Positions 8,933 to 15,626 of a stretch of DNA of 64,000 nt are shown here, piece after piece. The DNA is from a virus. The position numbers and the translations under genes are program-made. The stretch is taken from the IMG/VR virus record IMGVR_UViG_3300037467_001050, positions 32,001 to 96,000 of that record, one strand, 5' to 3'. The stretch's first letter is position 1; every line of letters starts with the position of its first letter. The notes under the pieces were generated by a model. The model was given only the letters and a program-made list of their open reading frames with translations. It made no database searches and had not been told where the DNA came from.

Positions 8933-9196
8933 ATGCTAGACTGTCAACGTAGCGGTGCAATCATCATCTCGGTTGTCACGGTCCTCGGTTTCGCGATCGT
9001 GTGCGGGCTGACGTTCTTCATGCCGCGTCTCGACAACCAGCTCACGACCGTGATGCTCACCACCTACTCAGCTGGGTTCATCGCGGTCCTGAACTACTGG
9101 CTCGGCTCATCTGCCGGGTCGAAGGCCAAGGATCAGCAGATCGCCTCCTTGTCACAGAGCCTGACCGCACAGCCGGCAGAGCGAACCAACCAATAA
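8933..9196 (+). CDS. holin-like small membrane protein
   Basis: Two hydrophobic segments and the YWLGSSAGSKAKD motif seen in phage/GTA holin-like proteins. Confidence 0.55.
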   Translation: MLDCQRSGAIIISVVTVLGFAIVCGLTFFMPRLDNQLTTVMLTTYSAGFIAVLNYWLGSSAGSKAKDQQIASLSQSLTAQPAERTNQ

Positions 9197-9225
9197 GACC
9201 CCGGCCAACGGGGCGAGAGGAAACC

Positions 9226-9840
9226 ATGACGAAGCCCACCGGACGGCCGCGCGGCCGTCCCCGCAAGGACGCCGTCGAGCGTCCCGAGATCAGTGCCGAG
9301 AGCGAGAGCTGGCAGAGCCTGCCCTGGCGCCGGGTCTACGACATCATCGACGCCGACATGTCCGACGAAGACCAGGAGCGCATGCTCGATCAGGTCGACG
9401 ACGAGCAGTTCCTGAATTTCATCACGTCGCAGAACCCGAAGATCAACCCGCGGGCCAAGATCCAGATGAACCCGCTGACGCTGCGCACGCTCGCGGCGCT
9501 CGGCAAGCTCTTCTGCACCCAGCAGGAGGTCGCGGGCTATCTCGGCGTCTCGCGCGGCGCTCTGCAGAACTTCTTCGACCGCGAGCCCTACGCCCGCGAG
9601 GTGTTCGAGAACGGGCTGCAGCACGCCAAGATCTCACTGCGGCGCAAGCAGCTGGCGCTCGCCGACAAGAACGCGCCCGCCGCGATCTTCCTCGGCAAAA
9701 ACTATCTCGGCCAGCGCGACGAGCACCACAACACCACCACCAATGTGTCCGTCTCAAAGCTGTCGGACGCGGAGCTCGAAGAAATGGCACGGGCTGAAGC
9801 TGCCAAGGCAAAGGCCCAGACCAAGCAGTTCCACAGCTAA
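9226..9840 (+). CDS. terS: terminase small subunit
   Basis: Upstream of terL; HTH-like QQEVAGYLGVSR; AIFLGKNYLGQRD; N-terminal AT-hook GRPRGRPRK. Confidence 0.75.
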   Translation: MTKPTGRPRGRPRKDAVERPEISAESESWQSLPWRRVYDIIDADMSDEDQERMLDQVDDEQFLNFITSQNPKINPRAKIQMNPLTLRTLAALGKLFCTQQEVAGYLGVSRGALQNFFDREPYAREVFENGLQHAKISLRRKQLALADKNAPAAIFLGKNYLGQRDEHHNTTTNVSVSKLSDAELEEMARAEAAKAKAQTKQFHS

Positions 9841-9852
9841 GCAAGCACACCC

Positions 9853-11322
9853 ATGTCCAACAATGACGACGGCGGGAGCATCTCGCCGGCGACTGAGCTG
9901 CAACGCCGTCGGCGCGCACGCACGTCGCTCATCGGCTTTGCCGAATTCACCCTGGCCAAGTACAAGGCCGATCCCTTCCACTACAAGGTGGCGGAGAAGC
10001 TCGAAGCGGTCGAACGCGGCGAGATCAAGCGCCTGATGATCTTCGCGCCGCCGCGGCACGGCAAGTCCGAGCTGTCGACGCGCCGCTTCCCGGCTTGGTA
10101 CTTGGGTCGGAACCCGACCCACAACATCATCTCGGCCTCATACAACGCCGCGTTTGCCAAGGGCTTCGGCCGCAACGTCCGCGACATCGTCAACCAGGAG
10201 GAGTTCGGCGTCCTGTTCCCCGACGCCCGGGTGCGCGCCGATCTGCGCGCCGCGGATGAATGGGAGCTGGAGCAGGGCGGCCAATACTTCTCAGTGGGTG
10301 TCGGCTCAGGCACAACGGGCCGCGGTGCCAATCTATTTCTCATCGACGATCCAATCAAAGATAGAAAAGAGGCCGACTCCAAGACGTTCCGCGAGGATAT
10401 GTGGAACTGGTACCGAGACGTCGTCTACACCCGTCTCGAAGAAGACGCCCCGATCATCCTCACACTGACCCGGTGGCACTTCGACGACATCGCCGGCCGG
10501 CTTCTCGAGCTGCAGAAAACCGGCAAGGGTGAGCCGTGGGAGGTCCTACTCCTGCCGGCGCTCGCTACGCCGCGCAAGGACCCCGACACCGGAAAGCCCA
10601 TTCTCACGGAGGATGGCACCGTCCCGGGCGATCCGCTCAACCGCAAGCCCTTCGAGCCGCTGTCGCCGTCGCGCTTCTCCTACAAGGCCCTGAAGGACCG
10701 CGAGGAGGTTCTCGGCGAGCGCGGCTGGTCGGCCCTCTACCAGCAGAACCCCATCTCGGAAGAAGGTGGGATGTTCAAGTCCAGCTGGTTCGGGGTGGCC
10801 GACACGCTGCCCGCGCGCCGGCAGCGCGTGCGCGCCTGGGACTTCGGTGCCTCAATCGACGGCGACTGGACCGTCGGCGTCCTGATGAGCCGCGACAGCA
10901 ACGGCGTCTTCTACATCGAGGACGTGCGCCGGCTGCGCGGAACACCCCATGAGGTCGAGAAGCTGGTCTCGGAGACGGCCCGCGACGACGGCAAGGGCGT
11001 CCGGATCCGCATCCCCCAGGATCCGGGTCAGGCTGGTAAGGCTCAGAAGCTCAATTACATGAGGCTGTTGGCCGGCTACCGCGTGGAAGCCGAGCGGATC
11101 AGCGGAGACAAGAAAACCCGCGCCGAAGCCTTCGCGGCCCAAGCGCAGGGCGAGATGGTCAAGATCTACACCGGCGGCGTGGGCGGCTCCCACTGGCGGC
11201 AGGTGTTCTTGGACGAGCTCGCCACATTTCCCCTCGGAACCCACGACGACCAAGTCGACGCAGCCGCCGACGCTTTCAACGCCCTGCTCGGGCGGCGGAA
11301 GGCCGGCATCGCTGACTGGTGA
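9853..11322 (+). CDS. terL: terminase large subunit
   Basis: PPRHGKS Walker A, LIDDP Walker B, AWDFG and HDDQVDA nuclease motifs. Confidence 0.95.
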   Translation: MSNNDDGGSISPATELQRRRRARTSLIGFAEFTLAKYKADPFHYKVAEKLEAVERGEIKRLMIFAPPRHGKSELSTRRFPAWYLGRNPTHNIISASYNAAFAKGFGRNVRDIVNQEEFGVLFPDARVRADLRAADEWELEQGGQYFSVGVGSGTTGRGANLFLIDDPIKDRKEADSKTFREDMWNWYRDVVYTRLEEDAPIILTLTRWHFDDIAGRLLELQKTGKGEPWEVLLLPALATPRKDPDTGKPILTEDGTVPGDPLNRKPFEPLSPSRFSYKALKDREEVLGERGWSALYQQNPISEEGGMFKSSWFGVADTLPARRQRVRAWDFGASIDGDWTVGVLMSRDSNGVFYIEDVRRLRGTPHEVEKLVSETARDDGKGVRIRIPQDPGQAGKAQKLNYMRLLAGYRVEAERISGDKKTRAEAFAAQAQGEMVKIYTGGVGGSHWRQVFLDELATFPLGTHDDQVDAAADAFNALLGRRKAGIADW

Positions 11323-11353
11323 CTTGCAGGAAAGCAAATAGAGAAGCAAGAAA

Positions 11354-12892
11354 ATGGCTCAAACTGCAAATCCCGGCCTGTTCTCGGCTGCCTCCGCCTC
11401 GATGTCGGCACGGCGCGCGCTGATGCGCGCGGTCTACGGCGGCACAGAGACCCTGCGCGCCGCACGGGAAACCTACCTGCCGCGCTACGAGAACGAGAGC
11501 CCGACCCGCTACGAGACCCGGCTCGCCGCTGCCACGTCGCTGAACAAGCTCAGGGAGGCCGTCGACGCGGCTTCCGCGAAGCCGTTCAAGACGATGATCA
11601 AGTTGATCAACAACACCGACGCCGATCTCGATCAGTGGGTCCGTGACATCGATCTGACCGGCAACCATCTGCACATCTTCGCCCACCAGCACTTCAACGA
11701 CTCGCTGCTGATGGGGCAGGGGCACATCCTGGTGGATCACCCGACCACCTCGAACATGCCGAACCTCGGCGCTCAGCTCGCCTCAGGCGTTCGGCCGTTC
11801 ATGAAGTACATCCGCGACGACGACCTGCGCGCGGCCTACAGCGAGAACGTCGGCGGCGACATCCAGGTGACGCACGTCCGCATCTTCTCGACCCGCGTGG
11901 AGCGCGAGCCCGGCACCTTCAAGGAGAAGGTCTGGAACCAGATCTACGTGATCGAGAAGGAGGTCGGCGCCAACGCGGGCGTCGTGCAGGTCTGGGAGCA
12001 GGACGCGCAGGCCGGCGGCGACAGCTGGGATCTCATCTCCGAGAGCCCGCTCACCATGCCGGAAGTGCCGTTCGTGACGCTCTACGCGGGCGAGAAGGAG
12101 GGCGACTTCATCACCCGCCCGATCTTCCTCGACTTGGCGCACAAACAGGTGGAGCACTACCAGAGCTCGGCCGACCAGCGCTCGATCCTGTCCGCGGCGC
12201 GCTTCCCCATGCTCGCCGCCTCCGGCATTGAGTTCGACGAGGAGGAGATCTCGAAGTTCACGGTCGGCCCCTACAAGGCGCTGTTCTCCCCCGATCCGCA
12301 GGGCCGCTACTACTACGTCGAGCCGGCCGGACGGGCGATCAAGTCTGGCGCGGACGACCTCGCCGCCATGGAAATCCAGATGGACATGATGTCCCTCAAT
12401 CCCGTGGTCGGCACGCACCGGCAGTACGTGCCCGCCAACGAGCGCGACATCGCCGAGACGCGGGTGCATTCGGTGGTCCACGATCTGGCGCTGTCCGAGA
12501 AGGACGCGCTGGAGCGCGCGATCGGCTTCATGGGCACCTGGGTCAACCGGGACTTCTCGAACGTGGGCGTCGGCCTCAACTCCGACTTCACGAACACGAA
12601 GGACAAGATGATCCAGATGGGCGTCTTGTTGAACGCCTTCACCTCGAAGGCGATCTCGCTCGAGACCTTCCTGGAGCAGGCGCGCCGCCTCGATCTCGTG
12701 GACGACGAGTTCGACGTGAACGCCGAGGTCCAGCGGCTGGCCGCCGCCAACGCGGCGCTCGCGGACGAGGAGGATCCCAACGTCGACAACACCGGCCCGG
12801 TCGCCGGCTCGGCCTCCGACCCGGTACGTGCTTCGACCACGGCCCCGGTGGACTTCCCGAACGGCCGGACCCGCCCTAGATCTCAGATCTGA
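11354..12892 (+). CDS. portal protein (DUF4055-like)
   Basis: Follows terL; 512 aa; YLPRYENE...RYETRL pattern. Confidence 0.85.
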   Translation: MAQTANPGLFSAASASMSARRALMRAVYGGTETLRAARETYLPRYENESPTRYETRLAAATSLNKLREAVDAASAKPFKTMIKLINNTDADLDQWVRDIDLTGNHLHIFAHQHFNDSLLMGQGHILVDHPTTSNMPNLGAQLASGVRPFMKYIRDDDLRAAYSENVGGDIQVTHVRIFSTRVEREPGTFKEKVWNQIYVIEKEVGANAGVVQVWEQDAQAGGDSWDLISESPLTMPEVPFVTLYAGEKEGDFITRPIFLDLAHKQVEHYQSSADQRSILSAARFPMLAASGIEFDEEEISKFTVGPYKALFSPDPQGRYYYVEPAGRAIKSGADDLAAMEIQMDMMSLNPVVGTHRQYVPANERDIAETRVHSVVHDLALSEKDALERAIGFMGTWVNRDFSNVGVGLNSDFTNTKDKMIQMGVLLNAFTSKAISLETFLEQARRLDLVDDEFDVNAEVQRLAAANAALADEEDPNVDNTGPVAGSASDPVRASTTAPVDFPNGRTRPRSQI

Positions 12893-12916
12893 TTGGCAGG
12901 AATGCAAAGGTAGAAG

Positions 12917-13165
12917 GTGAGAGACACGTCGCTGGACTACACGATCGAGGTCTACGAATGCGAACTCTGCTCGATCCAGCAGGGCCGCCCTGTCGTGGAA
13001 CTCGTCCGCATGATCCCGGCGGCACTCACCTTCGCCGGAACCCTGATCGGCGACGAGGCGTGGTGCTGCCCGGTGTGCCGGACGGCCAAGTTCGATCTCA
13101 AGCGGCGCCGGATCGACCCGAACCGGCCCGCCAAGAGGCGGTCCCGACAGCGAAAAATGGCTTGA
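12917..13165 (+). CDS. Zn-ribbon protein
   Basis: CELC and CPVC motifs. Confidence 0.6.
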   Translation: MRDTSLDYTIEVYECELCSIQQGRPVVELVRMIPAALTFAGTLIGDEAWCCPVCRTAKFDLKRRRIDPNRPAKRRSRQRKMA

Positions 13166-13215
13166 CAGCGTTTGCATTTTCTGGGGTGTTGACATCCCGA
13201 AAGGAAAATGCTAAT
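13162..13215 (+). promoter_or_regulatory. probable promoter(s) for the RNA island
   Basis: TTGACA at 13162 and 13189, interleaved with ATGC/TTGCA half-sites; -10 boxes weak. Confidence 0.45.
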
Positions 13216-13248
13216 GGAATGGCATCCTGCAAAAGGTGTGAGTGAAGC

Positions 13249-13488
13249 ATGTCCGTCGCGACGTCCCTTTCCCGCTGGGAGCTACCGACCTTCGGTGGCG
13301 TGGCGGCCGAGGATGTCCCGGCATGGATCGTCGAGGCGATGCTCCTCGGCGTCCTCACCGTGAACCGCCTCGGCGGGTTCACCCTCGACGATGCCCGCGG
13401 CACGAGCTGCATGGCAGGCGACATCGTGGTCCGACAGCCAGACGGCTCGATCACGTTCGAGAAGCAGGAGCAGGCCATCGCGGCCTGA
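13249..13488 (+). CDS. hypothetical protein
   Basis: 79-aa ORF ending 1 nt before the first tRNA-like gene. Confidence 0.65.
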   Translation: MSVATSLSRWELPTFGGVAAEDVPAWIVEAMLLGVLTVNRLGGFTLDDARGTSCMAGDIVVRQPDGSITFEKQEQAIAA

Positions 13489-13489
13489 T

Positions 13490-13581
13490 TGGAGCGTAGC
13501 TCAGTTGGTTAGAGCGCTGGCTTACCCCCGGTCTAACGGGGACGCCGGAGGCCACAGGTTCGAGCCCTGTCGCACCATCCA
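13490..13581 (+). ncRNA. tRNA-like RNA, Asp-type body with a 15-nt hairpin insertion in the anticodon loop
   Basis: D arm GCTC/GAGC, stem CTGGC/GCCGG, T arm ACAGG-TTCGAGC-CCTGT, TCCA end, 22-nt loop. Confidence 0.8.
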
Positions 13582-13663
13582 TCGGGAGCTGATCTGAAAG
13601 CCGCGATCAACAGGCTGGCGGCAGCTGGCCCTCCCGGCCAATTTCGCCCGAAATTGGGCACGG

Positions 13664-13740
13664 TAGGGTGTAGCTCAGCGGTCTAGAGCGCGGGTCTCCA
13701 AAACCCGGTGTCGCAGGTTCAAATCCTGCCTCCCTAGCCA
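13664..13740 (+). tRNA. trnW: tRNA-Trp(CCA)
   Basis: Full cloverleaf, CGGGT-CT CCA AA-ACCCG, G73, encoded CCA; one T-T mismatch at 6:67. Confidence 0.92.
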
Positions 13741-13779
13741 ATAGTTAGCCCGCAAGGGTGTTTTTGGAGAGCGAAAAGC

Positions 13780-14349
13780 TTGACCACGTACAGCATTTTC
13801 GATCACGGCTCTTGGGAGTCCTACATCAAGCCCGATAGCTTCGGGTCCATCCGACAGATCGGAACCGGGATCGACTGGTACGACTACCGGCAGAATGCCG
13901 CGAACTTCCACGGTGGCGTTCTTGTCACCCTGATGCAGGATTATGCGAACCCGGACGGCTTCCTGTCGGCGGCGCCAAACACCGATGTGTCGATGGTGTC
14001 CCCCTTCGGACGACTGATCGAGATCTTGGACTACGCTGGCTCCACACCTTCCGGTCCCAACAGCGATCTGGCCAACGCTCAGGTCGTCATCAGCGGCAAT
14101 ACCGCGACGTTCACGAAGCCTTACACCCTGACCTCTCGCACGGTTGTGAACCGCATGACCGACGCTGAGATGTACGCCGCCTACATGGCCGACCAGCTGC
14201 AGCCGCTGCGGTCTCGCCTCACAGGGACCGCCGTGCTGCTGACGAGCTTCACGGCACAGAGCGGGACCTCACAGTTCAGCCTGATCAAGGCGGCCTTCGC
14301 CAACCTGTTCGGTGCAGCTCGCGCCGAGACGCTGACAGCGGCCCCGTAG
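13780..14349 (+). CDS. hypothetical protein inside the RNA island, tail-fibre-assembly-like C-terminus
   Basis: 189 aa, TTG start after GGAG; helical C-terminus resembles 31428 protein by eye. Confidence 0.6.
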   Translation: MTTYSIFDHGSWESYIKPDSFGSIRQIGTGIDWYDYRQNAANFHGGVLVTLMQDYANPDGFLSAAPNTDVSMVSPFGRLIEILDYAGSTPSGPNSDLANAQVVISGNTATFTKPYTLTSRTVVNRMTDAEMYAAYMADQLQPLRSRLTGTAVLLTSFTAQSGTSQFSLIKAAFANLFGAARAETLTAAP

Positions 14350-14464
14350 TCGCCAGACGAGAACGAGATCGGCCGGCCCGCGTGGCCGGCCCACAATCAT
14401 GCTCTACCCCAGAGCGCATTCCCTACGGGCACCAGCCCTGAAAAACGTTGACGCCCCAGGTTAG

Positions 14465-14642
14465 GCCTACCACCCCCTTCGAGGGGGAACTCGAGCCCTC
14501 GTATGCGGCTCGAGTGGCGGTACTATGGTCGGATTAAGTAGGCGGGGAATTGCGAGGCAAGGAAGGTGGCGAGAGCCCCGGGTTCCGGTGCGAAAGCACG
14601 ACTGGACCGGCCAGACCGACGGGTCGCAAATGGGTGCCAATT
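14465..14642 (+). ncRNA. candidate structured ncRNA with two multibranch domains
   Basis: Several 4-8 bp stems, GAGA and GAAA tetraloops, TTGACG upstream at 14448. Confidence 0.6.
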
Positions 14643-14649
14643 CGAGATC

Positions 14650-14738
14650 GACGACGTGGTGGCTGAGAGGCTGAAGGCACCACAGAAATGGGGCACGGCC
14701 TGCGGGTCGTCGGGGGTTCAAATCCCTCCCACGTCGTC
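14650..14738 (+). ncRNA. type II tRNA-like RNA with truncated anticodon arm, 10-bp acceptor helix and no adjacent CCA
   Basis: GACGACGTGG/CCACGTCGTC; D arm; variable arm ACGGCC/GGTCGT; T arm GGGGG-TTCAAAT-CCCTC. Confidence 0.7.
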
Positions 14739-14747
14739 GTTTCCATG

Positions 14748-14824
14748 CCCGGTGTAGCTCAGTCTGGTAGAGCATGTGGTTCATGCCCACGGAGCCGCTG
14801 GTTCAAATCCAGCCACCGGCACCA
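14748..14824 (+). tRNA. tRNA(CAT), atypical (C1-C72 mismatch, G37)
   Basis: Cloverleaf, TGTGG-TT CAT GC-CCACG, ACCA end; identity (Met, fMet or Ile2) unresolved. Confidence 0.8.
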
Positions 14825-14941
14825 ACTTTCGAGGCGTGGACCCCTCGGGACCTCTCCGGTCCTAAGGCCTCGATCCCACCACGGTCGTGCTCGAACCGTG
14901 GTCCCTGCGCATGCGGGATACGATGAAGGGAAGGGGTGTCC

Positions 14942-15051
14942 GGGAGGGCATGAGGGCGGAGAGCCCCATCGGGCGCGTCGAGCTGAGCGTGCTCAGCTTC
15001 ACCGGCCCGATGCCTTTTGGCTTGGCGGTGAAAATCCAGCCCCTCCCACCA
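14942..15051 (+). ncRNA. 110-nt tRNA-like RNA with a long extended central arm
   Basis: GGGAGGG/CCCTCCC plus ACCA; GGGC/GCCC; ATCGGGC/GCCCGAT capped by AGCTGAG-CGTG-CTCAGCT; GGTGAAAATCC T-loop-like end. Confidence 0.6.
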
Positions 15052-15056
15052 GTTTC

Positions 15057-15140
15057 GAGTGAGATGCCCGGGTGGACGGGCGGGAGGCTGTAACCCTCCT
15101 GGCTATGCCGTGGTGGGTTCGAGCCCTGCCTCACTCACCA
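15057..15140 (+). tRNA. trnY: tRNA-Tyr(GTA)
   Basis: GAGTGAG/CTCACTC-ACCA, GGAGG-CT GTA AC-CCTCC, long variable arm. Confidence 0.88.
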
Positions 15141-15165
15141 AAATTCAAACCTATCCGAGGGCTTC

Positions 15166-15387
15166 ATGGCCACCATCAGCACCACCGTCCATAAGCTCTT
15201 CGTCTCCGACATCACCTCGATCGTCGTGACCGACATCGTCGAGCAGGAGGACGGCTCGTTCGTTCGCGCCGTGCGCTTCTATGGCGACGATGACGCCGGC
15301 AACAAGGACCAGCTCATCGTCGAGGTGAAGGTCACTGCCGCCACCAAGGCGGGCGTTCAGATCCCAGTTCCAGCCTCGGGTTTCTGA
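15166..15387 (+). CDS. small beta-rich hypothetical protein
   Basis: GAGG RBS, phage-like codon usage. Confidence 0.7.
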   Translation: MATISTTVHKLFVSDITSIVVTDIVEQEDGSFVRAVRFYGDDDAGNKDQLIVEVKVTAATKAGVQIPVPASGF

Positions 15388-15578
15388 GGCTCATTCAATC
15401 CCCATCGCGCTCCCGGCTCATCCCCGGTTGAGCGCGATCGCGACGGCCCCAGCCTGCAGCATCCCCGGCACAAGACGGGCAGGGATACCAAAGAGCGCGC
15501 CCCCGCACCTCGCGCCGCCGTCCATCGATCGCGAACCGGCTCCAAGACCGCGTCGCGTCGGCCCATAGGCCGCCACTG

Positions 15579-15608
15579 AGCCCCGGCTTCGCGCCGGGGC
15601 TTTTTTCT
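15579..15608 (+). terminator. intrinsic terminator before the scaffold gene
   Basis: AGCCCCGGC/GCCGGGGCT followed by a T run. Confidence 0.8.
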
Positions 15609-15626
15609 TGCCCAAGATCAGGCGGG

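Noticed and set aside
13490-13581. Pyrrolysine or amber suppressor tRNA, or group I intron
   Set aside because: CTA lies in a 6-nt loop on an extra helix, the body is not tRNA-Pyl-like, and 15 nt is far too short for a group I intron.
13589-13600. Hammerhead ribozyme (CTGATCTGAAA)
   Set aside because: Core needs CUGANGA and a separate GAAA between stems; spacing and stems do not fit.
14575-14610. Group II intron domain V
   Set aside because: GAAA-capped hairpin only; triad and bulge geometry, other domains and a maturase are missing.
14942-15051. tmRNA or tRNA-Sec
   Set aside because: No tag ORF or pseudoknots, no G3-U70, no TCA anticodon, and only a 7-bp acceptor.
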